From positions 2,904-66,903 of the forward strand of contig JAVYAJ010000193.1 of NCBI GenBank assembly GCA_032229885.1: 64,000 nt of DNA, written 5' to 3'. The notes beneath the pieces are model-generated. The model saw nothing but the letters and a program-made list of their open reading frames with translations, was not told the DNA's origin and searched no databases. How positions within the stretch are numbered: position 1 is the stretch's first letter; every line of letters begins with the position of its first letter. Below are positions 1 through 9,804 of the stretch, piece after piece. The position numbers and the translations under genes are program-made. Source of the stretch: Candidatus Anammoximicrobium sp. GTDB taxonomy: Bacteria; Planctomycetota; Planctomycetia; Pirellulales; Pirellulaceae.

Positions 1-282
1 CGTGGATGCGTTTGTGCGACCGCGAGGACCGCTCGACGGTCGGCGACTTCTAACGCGTCGTCGAAACAAGGCATTGGCGGGCGCAACCGCGCTCAGCGCC
101 CCAGGATTGCGCCTGCTGGTGATGGGAGCGATGCTTCGCGCGGGCAGCAATGCCCGCGCGAACGTCACGTGCGGGAGAGGTGGACCGAAATCCGTCGTGT
201 GGGGTTTCACTCTCAGCCGCGTGAAGTATCCGAGAGAATCGAGTCGCGACGAAGCACCGGTCGTGTAAGACCGGCATCTGTG

Positions 283-753
283 ATGGCGCCGTGCCGAGGA
301 GAACTGGCCGTGAAGCGGAATCTGCGTCAGGAACGGACTGAGGAGCGGAACAGGGCGAACGCGAGAGGATGGCTGCTGATTGGGGTTATTGCGGCCGGGC
401 TCGCGGGCTGTGGCGGCGCGAGTGGGCCACCGCTGGCAAACGTCGCCGGAACGGTCACGCGCGACGGCCAACCAGTGGCCGACGCGGACGTGATGTTCAT
501 GCCCGAGCATGGCGTGCCTTCTTCGGGAAAGACCGATTCGGCCGGCCATTTCACCTTGAAGTTCAACGACGGCCGACCGGGCGCCGTGCCCGGCAAACAT
601 CGTGTCCTGATCACGGTCCCCGGCACGCCGTTGCCGCCGCCCACGCCCGACGCGGTCATGCCCACGGACATCAAACCACCGGGCGAGTTTCGAAAAGAGG
701 TCGAAGTTCCCAGCGCGGGCGCCAGTGATCTGAAGATCGAAATCGGCACGTAG
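283..753 (+). CDS. Lipoprotein with carboxypeptidase-regulatory-like beta-sandwich domain
   Basis: ORF 169..753 has an internal ATG at 283. It is followed by a basic stretch, a hydrophobic helix and a lipobox-like LAGC (WLLIGVIAAGLAGCGG). The pattern GTVTRDGQPVADADVMF...TDSAGHFTL...GKHRVLI is typical of CarboxypepD_reg-like domains. Confidence 0.7.
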   Translation: MAPCRGELAVKRNLRQERTEERNRANARGWLLIGVIAAGLAGCGGASGPPLANVAGTVTRDGQPVADADVMFMPEHGVPSSGKTDSAGHFTLKFNDGRPGAVPGKHRVLITVPGTPLPPPTPDAVMPTDIKPPGEFRKEVEVPSAGASDLKIEIGT

Positions 754-763
754 GCAACGTGCG

Positions 764-827
764 CCGCGGCGAAAGATCGCGGCGGCGAAAAGTCACGGCG
801 GTGAAAAGTCGCGGCGGTGAAGACGCG
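764..827 (+). repeat. 16-nt tandem array (3 good units plus 1 partial), consensus CGGCGGYGAAAAGTCR
   Basis: Read directly: cggcgaaagatcg / cggcggcgaaaagtca / cggcggtgaaaagtcg / cggcggtgaagacgcg. It begins 11 nt after the TAG stop at 751-753, in a convergent intergenic region. Confidence 0.8.
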
Positions 828-1048
828 ACGCAGCGCTGCAGTGTCGCAGTCTCGCACCGCTCGGTGCGTCGCGCTGATCGACCGCCACCCGAACGAGTCT
901 CGTGCGATCGTCGATTCGATTCGCCCGCCGGCGTGACGCAGTAGACGGCGTCAGAACCCGTCCTGGAAACGCCTCCGCCGCCTGGGCCGCCCGCACAATG
1001 GTCGAGAAACCGGCGCAGATGCGGGACCGAGTTGGCGGTCTTGCGGCA

Positions 1049-2410
1049 CTACGAATCGGCCGTCGCCCGCTCGATGCCGTGCTCGACGGCGGCGCAGATC
1101 CGATCGAGTTCTTCGAGAGTGATGGCCAGAGGCGGCATGATTACGACGACGTTGCCCAGCGGCCGGAGCCAGACGCCTTCGGTTCGTGCATGGTCGCAGA
1201 CGCGATAGCCACGCTTTTCGGCCCAAGCATAAGGCTGCTGACGCGCCCGATCCTGCGCCAATTCCACGCCGGCCATCAGCCCGCACTGGCGCACATCGCC
1301 GACGTGAGGATGCGCGGCCAGACGCGAAAGGTGTTCGGCCAAGCGATCGATCTTGGGCTGCAACGTGGCCAGCGTTTGTTCGTCGTCGAAGACGTCGAGC
1401 GTGGCGAGCGCTACGGCGGCCGCCAGCGGGTTGGCGCTGTACGTGTGGCCGTGATAAAACGTGCGGCTCGCGGCGTAGGTTCCGAGAAACGCCTGCCAGA
1501 TCGCGTCGGTCGCCAAGGTCGCCGACATGGGCAGATAGCCGCCGGTCAACCCCTTGCCCAGGCACAGCAGGTCGGGGACGACCTGTTCGTGCTCGCACGC
1601 GAACATCCGACCGGTGCGGCCGAATCCGGTGGCGACTTCGTCCGCGATCAGCAACACGCCATACCGGCGCGTCAAATCGCGCACGCCGCGGAGAAATCCG
1701 GGCGGGTGCGTGACCATGCCCGCCGCGGCTTGGATCAACGGTTCGATGACCACGGCTGCGATCTGGGCATGCTGCTGGGCTAGCACCGCCTCGAGGCCGG
1801 CCAGATAGTGAGCCGCCGCCCGCTGGCGCGTCACGCCGCGGGGCAAACGGTAGCAGTCCGGCAGGGGCAGGCGAATGACATCGAACAGCAGCGGACGGAA
1901 CATCTCGTGAAAGCGAACCACGCCGCCGACGCTGACGCTGCCCAGCGTGTCGCCATGATAGGCCTCGTGAAAGGCGACGTACTTCGTCTTGTCGGGCTGC
2001 GGATTGGGGCATTGGCGCCAGTATTGAAACGCCATCTTGAGCGCCGCTTCGACCGCCGACGATCCGTCGCTGGCGAAGAACACGTGGCGCAAACCGGGCG
2101 GGGCCAGTTCGGTCAGCCGCTTGGCGAGCCGAACCGTGGTCGGGTTGGATAGGCCCAGCGAGGTGACGTGGGCGACCCGGTCCAGTTGCTCGCGGATCGC
2201 CTGATCCAGCCGCGGGTGACCGTGGCCGTGGATGTTGCACCACAGATTGCTGACGCCATCCAGATACTGGCGTCCGTCGATGGCCGTCAGCGTACAGCCG
2301 CGAGCGCGTTCGATCAGCAGCGGCTCGTACTCGGCCATCTGGGTGAACGCGTGCCAGACGATCTCGCGGTCCCAGACTTCGAGCTGATCCTGCGCAGCGG
2401 TCATGACCAC
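1049..2410 (-). CDS. bioA: Adenosylmethionine-8-amino-7-oxononanoate aminotransferase
   Basis: 453-aa ORF with class-III PLP aminotransferase signatures: [49 protein letters not shown]. The N-terminus (WHAFTQM..., GxxLxDxxGxxYLDGVSxLW) is typical of BioA. Confidence 0.93.
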   Translation of the reverse strand: MVMTAAQDQLEVWDREIVWHAFTQMAEYEPLLIERARGCTLTAIDGRQYLDGVSNLWCNIHGHGHPRLDQAIREQLDRVAHVTSLGLSNPTTVRLAKRLTELAPPGLRHVFFASDGSSAVEAALKMAFQYWRQCPNPQPDKTKYVAFHEAYHGDTLGSVSVGGVVRFHEMFRPLLFDVIRLPLPDCYRLPRGVTRQRAAAHYLAGLEAVLAQQHAQIAAVVIEPLIQAAAGMVTHPPGFLRGVRDLTRRYGVLLIADEVATGFGRTGRMFACEHEQVVPDLLCLGKGLTGGYLPMSATLATDAIWQAFLGTYAASRTFYHGHTYSANPLAAAVALATLDVFDDEQTLATLQPKIDRLAEHLSRLAAHPHVGDVRQCGLMAGVELAQDRARQQPYAWAEKRGYRVCDHARTEGVWLRPLGNVVVIMPPLAITLEELDRICAAVEHGIERATADS

Positions 2411-2691
2411 TCTACGACAACGGACTGGCCGGCGCGGATTCCCAGCATCAGGCTCGCGCTCTCTCCGACGATTTCCAGGTGCAGGAAACCGTCGTCCGCG
2501 AGAACGGCCAGAAAGGTCATTTCGGGCTCGGTGTGATTCGACGGATACAGGCCTTGCGTAAAGTGCTCGTCACACCGAACCAACGTCCGCACGTCGCGCG
2601 GCGCATCGCGCAGTTGGTCGACAGTCAGATCGGTGATCAAGCTGCCTGAACCGGTGACTGCGGTCACACGGCCTTGAATTCTTCCAGCCAC
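2401..2691 (-). CDS. Small protein resembling the C-terminal beta-barrel domain of SAM hydrolase / SAM hydroxide adenosyltransferase (DUF62)
   Basis: The ORF runs 2401..2715. The likely start is GTG at 2691, 7 nt after a strong AAGGGAGGA Shine-Dalgarno. GRVTAVTGSGSLITDL and FLHLEIVGESASLMLGIRAGQSVVV resemble the DUF62 C-terminal domain. The stop overlaps the bioA start (2401-2410). Confidence 0.5.
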   Translation of the reverse strand: MAGRIQGRVTAVTGSGSLITDLTVDQLRDAPRDVRTLVRCDEHFTQGLYPSNHTEPEMTFLAVLADDGFLHLEIVGESASLMLGIRAGQSVVVEWS

Positions 2692-2999
2692 AGGAATTCC
2701 TCCCTTTTTACGCAAGGCCGCATTCTAGATAATTTATCGGCAACCGCCAACTATACGGTCCGCAGGTCGGCACGATCGCGCGAACAGCGCAGCTCGGGCG
2801 AGAAAGACGGATCGAGGTTCGTCAATTGTCTGTCGAGCGGCGCCGACGGGGATTATTTTCGAACGGCAAGTTGGCGACAATGCGGGGGCACGGCGAACGT
2901 CGTGCGGCACGGCGGCGGGCGGCGAGGGCAAGTAGCCGACGGGACGGCCGTTTCTATAATGCTTTGTTTTGTCTTTCCCCAACGTTTGGATCGAGAAGC

Positions 3000-4046
3000 A
3001 TGTCACCGGCAATCAACCTGGCAGTCGCCACGGCCATCGGGCTGGGGCTGGCGCTGGCGCTCCGCCCGCGGACCGGCTGGGTGTGGCGCTGGCTGCGCAG
3101 CCGACGGGCGACGGAACGAGCGCGGATCGAAGACGCCCTAAAGCACCTGTACGAATGCGAGTACGCGCGGATTCCGGCCACGTTGGACAGTCTGGCGGGC
3201 GCGCTCGAGGTCGGGCGCGACGAAGCCGCGCGGCTGGTCGCCCGACTCGAATCCCTGGATCTGTTGACCTCCGAACGCCGCCGACTGGCGTTGACGCCCG
3301 AAGGCTGTAGCGACGCCTTGCGCGTGATCCGGATCCACCGGCTGTTGGAAAGCTATCTGGCCGAGAAAACGGGCATCGACGAGGTGGAATGGCATCGCCA
3401 GGCCGACCAGTTGGAACATCATGTCACCGCCGAGGAGGCCGAAGCCCTATCGGCTCAATTGGGCAACCCCCGCTTCGACCCGCACGGCGATCCGATCCCG
3501 ACCAGCGACGGCGCGATGCCCGTCCGCCACGGCATGCCGCTGACGGACCTGCGGCCGGGCGCCGTGGCGCGGATCGTTCACGTCGAGGACGAGCCCGACG
3601 AAGTCTACGCCCAGTTGGTCGCGGCCCGCTTGTCGCCCGGCGTCCGAATCCGCGTCCTGGACGCCAAGCCCGAGCGGATCCGCATCGAGGCTCAGTTCCA
3701 AGAACACGTGCTGGCGCCCGTGGTCGCCGCGAACCTGACTGTCGAACCACTCAGCGACGTCGCCGAGCCGCTCGTGTCGGACAGCGCCCTATCGTCGCTG
3801 GTCGTGGGCCAGCAGGCGACGGTGATCGACATCTCGCCGACCTGCCGCGGCGCCGAGCGCCGCCGCCTGCTGGACCTGGGGGTCGTCCCGGGCACCGTCG
3901 TCCGAGCCGAGCTGCGCAGCGCGGGCGGCGATCCGGTCGCCTATCGGATCCGCGGGGCGGTAATCGCGCTGCGCAACGCGCAGGCCGATCTGATCCTGGT
4001 CAAGCGACACGCGACGGCGACGGACGCGGCCGGGACAAGGGTGTGA
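3000..4046 (+). CDS. Membrane-anchored DtxR-family metal-dependent regulator fused to a FeoA domain
   Basis: ATG at 3000 within ORF 2826..4046. N-terminal hydrophobic helix (AINLAVATAIGLGLALAL). DtxR-like wHTH and dimerisation region (ALKHLYECEY..., RIHRLLESYL, HHVTAEEAEALSAQLGNPRFDPHGDPIP). An SH3-like domain is followed by a second FeoA-like SH3 domain (LVVGQQATVIDIS...LLDLGVVPGTVVRAE...IALRNAQADLILV). The stop lies 1 nt before the feoB ATG. Confidence 0.85.
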   Translation: MSPAINLAVATAIGLGLALALRPRTGWVWRWLRSRRATERARIEDALKHLYECEYARIPATLDSLAGALEVGRDEAARLVARLESLDLLTSERRRLALTPEGCSDALRVIRIHRLLESYLAEKTGIDEVEWHRQADQLEHHVTAEEAEALSAQLGNPRFDPHGDPIPTSDGAMPVRHGMPLTDLRPGAVARIVHVEDEPDEVYAQLVAARLSPGVRIRVLDAKPERIRIEAQFQEHVLAPVVAANLTVEPLSDVAEPLVSDSALSSLVVGQQATVIDISPTCRGAERRRLLDLGVVPGTVVRAELRSAGGDPVAYRIRGAVIALRNAQADLILVKRHATATDAAGTRV

Positions 4047-4047
4047 G

Positions 4048-6300
4048 ATGATGGACAACCCCGCCGTCACGCCGTCCGGCGAGTCCCGGATGCACAATCG
4101 AGCGCAGCTAGTGCGGATGGGCATCGACGTCGCCGCGTCCGACTATGTCGTCGCGCTGGCAGGCAATCCGAACGTCGGCAAGAGCACGGTGTTCAACAGC
4201 CTCACCGGCCTGCACCAGCACACGGGCAACTGGCCCGGCAAGACCGTCACCCGGGCCGAGGGCGGCTTCGAATTCGCCGGACGGGCGTACAAACTGGTCG
4301 ATCTGCCCGGGACCTATTCGCTGTTGGCGACCAGCGCGGACGAGGAGGTGGCGCGGGACTTTCTGTTGTTCGGGCGGCCCGATGTGACCATCGTCGTGGT
4401 CGATGCGTGCCGTTTGGAGCGAAACCTGAATCTGGCGCTGCAGGTTCTGGAAATCACGGATCGCGTGACCATCTGTCTCAACTTGATGGACGAGGCGGCT
4501 CGCCGCGGGATCATCGTCGATAGTGCACGACTGGCCGAGGAACTCGGCGTGCCGGTGGCGCCGACGGCGGCCCGGCGAAACGAGGGCATCGGCGGTTTGT
4601 TGCGACGCCTGAACGCCGTCGCCTCGGGCCAATTCGTCTGCCAACCGCGCCGCGCGGGCGCCTTGAGCCCGTCGCTCAAACGGGTCGTCGATGAATTGTC
4701 CGACGTCGTTGCCAGCGCCATTCCCGATCTGCCGAATCCGCGGTGGGTCGCGCTGCGGCTGCTGGACCACGACGAACGAATCAGCCAGGCCCTGTCGAGT
4801 GGCGAGCTGGGCGACCTGGGCCGCGCCAAAATCGTCGAGGGGGCGGCGGCGAATCACTCCGCGCGGCGCGCCGCGGCGCGCCGCGCCGCCGACGAGATCC
4901 TGGCCCGGGCGGATCGGCTGCGTTGGCAGGCCGGACCGGACTTCCATCAAGCGCTGGTCGAGGGGATTTACGTCGAAGCGGCGGCGATCGCCGACCGCGT
5001 CGTGCGGCGCGACGAAACGCGGCGCAGCGCCGACTGGGATCACAAGCTGGATCGGTTGTTGACCAACCGCTGGACGGGCTTCCCCATCATGCTGGCCATG
5101 CTGGCCGGTGTGCTGTGGCTGACCGTGACCGGGACCAACGCACCCTCGGCCATGCTGTTCGACCTGCTGCTGGGCGTCGTCCACCCGGCGCTCAAATCGG
5201 CCGCGGCCGCCATCGGTCTCCCGTGGTGGCTGGACGGGATCCTGATCGACGGCCTGTACCTGGCGACCGCCTGGGTGGTCTCGGTCATGCTGCCACCCAT
5301 GGCGATCTTTTTTCCGTTGTTCACGTTGCTCGAGGATTTCGGCTATCTGCCGCGGGTGGCGTTCAACATGGACAAAATGTTCCAGCGGTGCGGCGCGCAC
5401 GGCAAGCAGGCGCTGACCATGTGCATGGGCTTCGGATGCAACGCGGCCGGAGTCGTCGCCACCCGCGTGATCGACAGCCCTCGCGAACGGCTGATCGCGA
5501 TCCTGACGAACAACTTTTCGCTGTGCAACGGTCGCTGGCCAACGCAGATCCTGATCGCCACCATCTTCCTGGGCGCGCTGGTCCCGCCGTATCTGTCGGG
5601 CGCGGTCGCCACCGCGGCGGTCGCCGGGGTCGCCATGCTGGGCATGGCGAGCATGTTCCTGGCGTCCTGGTTCCTGTCGCGGACGGTCCTGCGAGGCGAG
5701 CCATCGTCGTTTCACCTCGAGTTGCCGCCGTATCGGCCGCCTCGACTGTGGCAGACCTTGTACACGTCGGTGATCGACCGCACGATCTTCGTGCTGTGGC
5801 GAGCGGTGGTGTTCGCCCTGCCCGCGGGCGTCGTCATCTGGCTGATCGCCAACATTCATCTGGGCGGATGGTCGCTTGCCCAGTGGGCGATCCAGGGGCT
5901 GAATCCGCTCGGAGCGCTGATCGGTTTGAATGGCGTGATTCTCTTGGCTTACGTCGTGGCGATTCCGGCCAACGAGCTGGTGATCCCCGCCGTGTTGATG
6001 TTGACGGCCCTGTCGGTGGGGATGACCGGCGTCGGGGCGGGGGCGGGCGTGATGTTCGAGGCCGATTCCGTCGAGACGACCGGCCAGATCCTGCGCGACG
6101 GCGGCTGGACGCTGTTGACCGGCGTGAACCTGATGCTGTTCAGCCTGTTGCACAACCCGTGTTCGACGACGATCTATACGATCTGGAAAGAGACGGCCAG
6201 CGCCAAGTGGACCCTGCTGGCGACGCTGATGCCCGTGGCCCTGGGCGTGACGACGTGCTTTGTGGTCGCGCAGATCTGGCGCCTGGTCGCGGGTGGTTGA
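4048..6300 (+). CDS. feoB: Ferrous iron transporter B
   Basis: 750 aa. N-terminal G-domain (VALAGNPNVGKSTVFNSLTG, DLPGTYSL, NLMDEA) followed by a polytopic permease with gate motifs. Confidence 0.95.
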   Translation: MMDNPAVTPSGESRMHNRAQLVRMGIDVAASDYVVALAGNPNVGKSTVFNSLTGLHQHTGNWPGKTVTRAEGGFEFAGRAYKLVDLPGTYSLLATSADEEVARDFLLFGRPDVTIVVVDACRLERNLNLALQVLEITDRVTICLNLMDEAARRGIIVDSARLAEELGVPVAPTAARRNEGIGGLLRRLNAVASGQFVCQPRRAGALSPSLKRVVDELSDVVASAIPDLPNPRWVALRLLDHDERISQALSSGELGDLGRAKIVEGAAANHSARRAAARRAADEILARADRLRWQAGPDFHQALVEGIYVEAAAIADRVVRRDETRRSADWDHKLDRLLTNRWTGFPIMLAMLAGVLWLTVTGTNAPSAMLFDLLLGVVHPALKSAAAAIGLPWWLDGILIDGLYLATAWVVSVMLPPMAIFFPLFTLLEDFGYLPRVAFNMDKMFQRCGAHGKQALTMCMGFGCNAAGVVATRVIDSPRERLIAILTNNFSLCNGRWPTQILIATIFLGALVPPYLSGAVATAAVAGVAMLGMASMFLASWFLSRTVLRGEPSSFHLELPPYRPPRLWQTLYTSVIDRTIFVLWRAVVFALPAGVVIWLIANIHLGGWSLAQWAIQGLNPLGALIGLNGVILLAYVVAIPANELVIPAVLMLTALSVGMTGVGAGAGVMFEADSVETTGQILRDGGWTLLTGVNLMLFSLLHNPCSTTIYTIWKETASAKWTLLATLMPVALGVTTCFVVAQIWRLVAGG

Positions 6301-6378
6301 GGGCGGTCGAGGGCCGTTGGATTGCTGGCTGGCGCGGTTCGTGCGGCGGTCGAGCTTGTCGCGACTGCGTGGGTAGTT

Positions 6379-6434
6379 GTCAGTAGTCAGTAGTCAGTGG
6401 TCAGTGGTCAGTGGTCAGTGGTCAGTGGTCAGTG
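6379..6434 (+). repeat. Heptanucleotide tandem repeat (GTCAGTR) x8
   Basis: gtcagta x2 then gtcagtg x6, read directly. It lies in the convergent feoB/rnr intergenic region. Confidence 0.9.
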
Positions 6435-6594
6435 GTGGTCGGCACCCCCCGCGTGTGGGCAGGCAGTGGCAGCGGCATTTTGCCGCTGTGCCGGCACAAC
6501 CGCATCAGTATGTGCGCAGGCAGCCACGCACCGGATACGCGGCAGGATGCCGCGTCTACGCGGGCCTGGCGTGCGTCTGCACGAACAGGGCGTC

Positions 6595-8961
6595 TCAGTC
6601 GCGTCGTCGTTTCGCCGCCCGTTTGCCCGCCTTGCGTTTGGGCGCCGCCTTTTTGCCCGAGCCTTTCGCGCCTTTTTTCTGTCGCCGTACGGTGGGCAAG
6701 ATCTTTTGCCCCGAAGGACTTTCCAGACGCCGGACCAGGCGGAATCCCAGTTCTCGCCGGCCGATGTCCACGTGCGCGATCTCGACGACCACCAGGTCGC
6801 CCAGCCGATAGCTCTGGCCGCGGCGATAGCCGGTCAGACAGTGAGCGCGCCGATCGTAGCGGTAGAAATCGTCGGACAGCGCCGCGACGCGGATCATTCC
6901 CTCGGCCGGCAGTTCGATGCCTTGTGCGAACAGGCCGAACTCTTCGACGCCCGTGACCACGGCATCCATCTGCTCGCCGATCCGCGTGCTCAGGAACGTC
7001 AGCAGCTTGACTTTGACCAGTTCGCGTTCAGCGGCCTCGGCCCGTTGCTCGCGGTCCGAGCAGTGCTGGCCGAGATTCGCCAGATAGTCGAAATCGTCGC
7101 GCGGCCGGACGCCACGGGCCAGGGCGTCCAGCGCCCGGTGCACGACCAGATCCGGATAGCGGCGGATGGGCGACGTAAAGTGGCAATAGTGTTGGCTGTT
7201 CAACGCAAAGTGCCCCTCCGCGCGCGGACTGTACACCGCCTTTTGCAGGCTGCGCAGAACGGCGTAATGGACCGCGTGCTCGCGCGGTTCACCCCGGACC
7301 GCCTCGACCACCCGCTTGATCTCGAAGCGGTTCTGAAGACTGTCGCACGGAACGCCCAACTCGCGGACGAACTCGGTCAGATCAAACAGCTTGCGCGGGT
7401 CCGGCGGCTCGTGGATCCGTCGCAGGAAGTTCAATCCCAGCCCGTCCAAATGTTCGGCGACCGCCTCGTTGGCCGCGAGCATGAATTCCTCGATGATCTG
7501 ATGGCTGACCGTGTGTTGGACGACGTGGGCGCCGGCGACGCGGCCGGCCTTGTCCAGATCGATCTTGACCTCGGGCAGCGTCAATTCGATGGCCCCGTTC
7601 TCGAGCCGTCGGCGACGGAGGATCAAGGCCAGTTCGCGCATCCGGCCGAGCAGAGCGAAGACGCCGCTGGTCAGTTTCGATTTCCAGCGGTTCGGGTCGG
7701 ACAGGAAACTGTCGACCTCCTCGTACGCGAACCGCCGCTTGCCGCAAATGGCCGAGTTGTGAAACTCGGCGGCCACCCGCGCTCCGTCGGCGGTGAACTC
7801 GATGAACACGGTCTTGGCATAGCGGACTTTGCCCGGCTGCAGGCTCGCCAAGCCGTTGCAGATCAGCTCGGGCAGCATCGGCAGCACGCGGCCTGGCAGA
7901 TAGACGCTGGTCCCCCGCGCACGGGCCTCGACGTCCAATGGCGAGCCGGCGGGTACGAAATGGGCCACGTCGGCGATGTGGACGCCCAACCGCCAATGGC
8001 CGTTGTCCAGACGCGCGAGCGAAATGGCGTCGTCGAAATCCCGAGCGTCCTTGGGGTCGATCGTGATGATGGTCTGGTCGGTCAGATCTAGACGGTCGCC
8101 GATCGATTCATCGAAGCGTTCCGCTTGGGCCCGCGCCGTGTCCATGACTTCGAGCGAGAATCGATCGGGCAGGTTGAATTCGCGGATGATCGACAACGTA
8201 TCGACGCCCGGCGCGCCGCGGGCGCCCAGCACCTCGACGATGACGGCCTCGCCCGGCTGATAATGCGTCGGGAATCGCACCATCTCGACGACCACCTTGT
8301 CGCCGGCCATCGCGTTCTTTGCGCCGGGATCCGAGACGGGCAGCGGGTCGGAGACGACATGGCCATCGATCTGGACAAAGGCCTGGCCGCCGCGTTCCAG
8401 ATACGCGCCGACGAATTGGTTCGTCTCGCGCTGGACGATCTCGACGATCGAGCCGCTCGCCTTGGCCGCGCCTCGCCGCAGACGCTTGAGCCGCACTGTG
8501 ACGATGTCGCCCGTCGAGGCGTCGCGCGTGTCGCGCAACGGGATGAAGATGTCATGTTGGCGCCCTGCTGCCGGCGGCGCCGTCGCCGGCCGCACGAATC
8601 CATAGCCCTTCGTCGCCCGACGAAACTCGCCGGTGATCAACCCGGCTTCGCGTTTCCGTTCACCGGGCGTCGCGCTCGAACCGGCCGCGCCCGCCGCGCT
8701 CGACGGCGCGTCCTCGTCCGTACTGGCCGCGAGGTCCACGTCTGTCCCCACTGGAAGGATCGCGCGCTTCTTGCCGTACGTCAGCCGACCCTCGCGGATC
8801 AAACGCTTGATCGTGATGCGCGCCGGGCGAGCATGCTCGCCCGGCAGCCCTAGCTGCGCGATGATCGCCTTGGTGGCGATTGGCGTGTAATCCGCCGCGT
8901 GGACCAGACAAAGAATCGCTTTCTCGAAATCCGTATTGTTGGTTTCATTCATGTCCGTCAT
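6595..8961 (-). CDS. rnr: Ribonuclease R (RNase II/R family 3'-5' exoribonuclease)
   Basis: 788 aa. RNB catalytic motifs (IDPKDARDFDDAISL, HFALNSQHYCHFTSPIRRYPDLVVHR), cold-shock-like N-domains, a C-terminal S1 domain and a Lys/Arg-rich tail. Confidence 0.95.
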   Translation of the reverse strand: MTDMNETNNTDFEKAILCLVHAADYTPIATKAIIAQLGLPGEHARPARITIKRLIREGRLTYGKKRAILPVGTDVDLAASTDEDAPSSAAGAAGSSATPGERKREAGLITGEFRRATKGYGFVRPATAPPAAGRQHDIFIPLRDTRDASTGDIVTVRLKRLRRGAAKASGSIVEIVQRETNQFVGAYLERGGQAFVQIDGHVVSDPLPVSDPGAKNAMAGDKVVVEMVRFPTHYQPGEAVIVEVLGARGAPGVDTLSIIREFNLPDRFSLEVMDTARAQAERFDESIGDRLDLTDQTIITIDPKDARDFDDAISLARLDNGHWRLGVHIADVAHFVPAGSPLDVEARARGTSVYLPGRVLPMLPELICNGLASLQPGKVRYAKTVFIEFTADGARVAAEFHNSAICGKRRFAYEEVDSFLSDPNRWKSKLTSGVFALLGRMRELALILRRRRLENGAIELTLPEVKIDLDKAGRVAGAHVVQHTVSHQIIEEFMLAANEAVAEHLDGLGLNFLRRIHEPPDPRKLFDLTEFVRELGVPCDSLQNRFEIKRVVEAVRGEPREHAVHYAVLRSLQKAVYSPRAEGHFALNSQHYCHFTSPIRRYPDLVVHRALDALARGVRPRDDFDYLANLGQHCSDREQRAEAAERELVKVKLLTFLSTRIGEQMDAVVTGVEEFGLFAQGIELPAEGMIRVAALSDDFYRYDRRAHCLTGYRRGQSYRLGDLVVVEIAHVDIGRRELGFRLVRRLESPSGQKILPTVRRQKKGAKGSGKKAAPKRKAGKRAAKRRRD

Positions 8962-9804
8962 TGTACCGGCGATTCCCCGTCGCGCGTTAGGCGGTCGCCC
9001 GCGATCGAAAGACGGACGAAACTGCGCTGTCGGCGAATTCCAGTTCGCGCCGTCAACGCGATCCGGACAAACACGAGGCTCTCGGTGATGGTTAGCTGAT
9101 TCGACACGTCATCCGATCCGTCGGGAGAGCCCAGGGATAGCCAAACGCAGATGCCCTTCGCGCGGCATCCACAAGCCAAGCACCAGAGACAAGACACGTC
9201 ACCGCATGACAAATGCGAGCGACTTTCGAGCCGCAATTCCGAGCGTAGGACACCACCCCACACCCGTGTGCCGCCGACCGACGCGATCCCGACGACGGTC
9301 GCCGTGCGTCCGGCCGTGGTGGACCGGAAGATGGCCCTCGGCCTAGCGCGTTGTCCAATCATACTTACAGGGCTTGCGCATTCGCCTGAGCACGGAATTC
9401 CGGCGGCCCAACCATCGCGGCCGCACCCATCCTGTAGCCGAGCCGTCGCACTTGGACCGAACATCGTGACCATACATTGTGGCCACAGGCGCTCTTCACC
9501 ACGTTGGCCGCAGCCCATCGATCGCCGTAGCCTAGGTGTGCGGGATTGTTCCAGCGCCGCAGCTCCGGCGTCGAGGGACGCCACGGTCCGTTATCCTTAC
9601 GGCGTCGCGGCCTGCATCGGCTCGCAGTCGGAAACGCAATATTCAAACAGACTCGGCGGCCGCCACGACCGGACGCCATCGCTGCTCGCAAAATGCGCCA
9701 TACTCCGATCAAGGCCCCCGCACTCGCCACGTCGCCTGCCCGAAGATCCGTATATCCCCCAATGATTTGAATTGCCAGCGATCGCGCTTGAGCAGCCGCC
9801 CGCT

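Noticed and set aside
951-2243. 430-aa ORF on the - strand, out of frame with bioA, plus + strand ORFs 902..1783 and 1186..1713
   Set aside because: The composition is extremely Arg/Pro/Gly/Ala-rich with no motifs. They fully overlap bioA, which has clear family signatures. These are typical high-GC shadow ORFs.
4108-6153. 681-aa antisense ORF across feoB (also 4743..6386 +, 547 aa)
   Set aside because: Low-complexity Arg/Gly/Asp/Gln-rich translations. FeoB in the other frame has G-domain and permease motifs.
6379-6434. Considered whether the tandem arrays (764, 6379, 12505, 42009, 48063) could be CRISPR arrays
   Set aside because: Units are 7-17 nt and directly abutting with no unique spacers, and no cas genes are present. 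They are simple tandem repeats.
6397-8091. 564-aa + strand ORF antisense to rnr
   Set aside because: No recognisable domain, and it is a mirror of the RNase R coding frame. The RNB motifs validate the - strand gene.
8962-9804. Overlapping ORFs (8958..9584 -, 9151..9765 +, tail of 9365..10438 -) in the 843-nt gap between rnr and the spermidine-synthase-like gene
   Set aside because: None has coding-like composition along its full length. One - strand stretch (…WNNPAHLGYGDRWAAANVVKSACGHNVW…) might be a decayed gene fragment, but I could not assign a family or an intact frame, so it is left unannotated.
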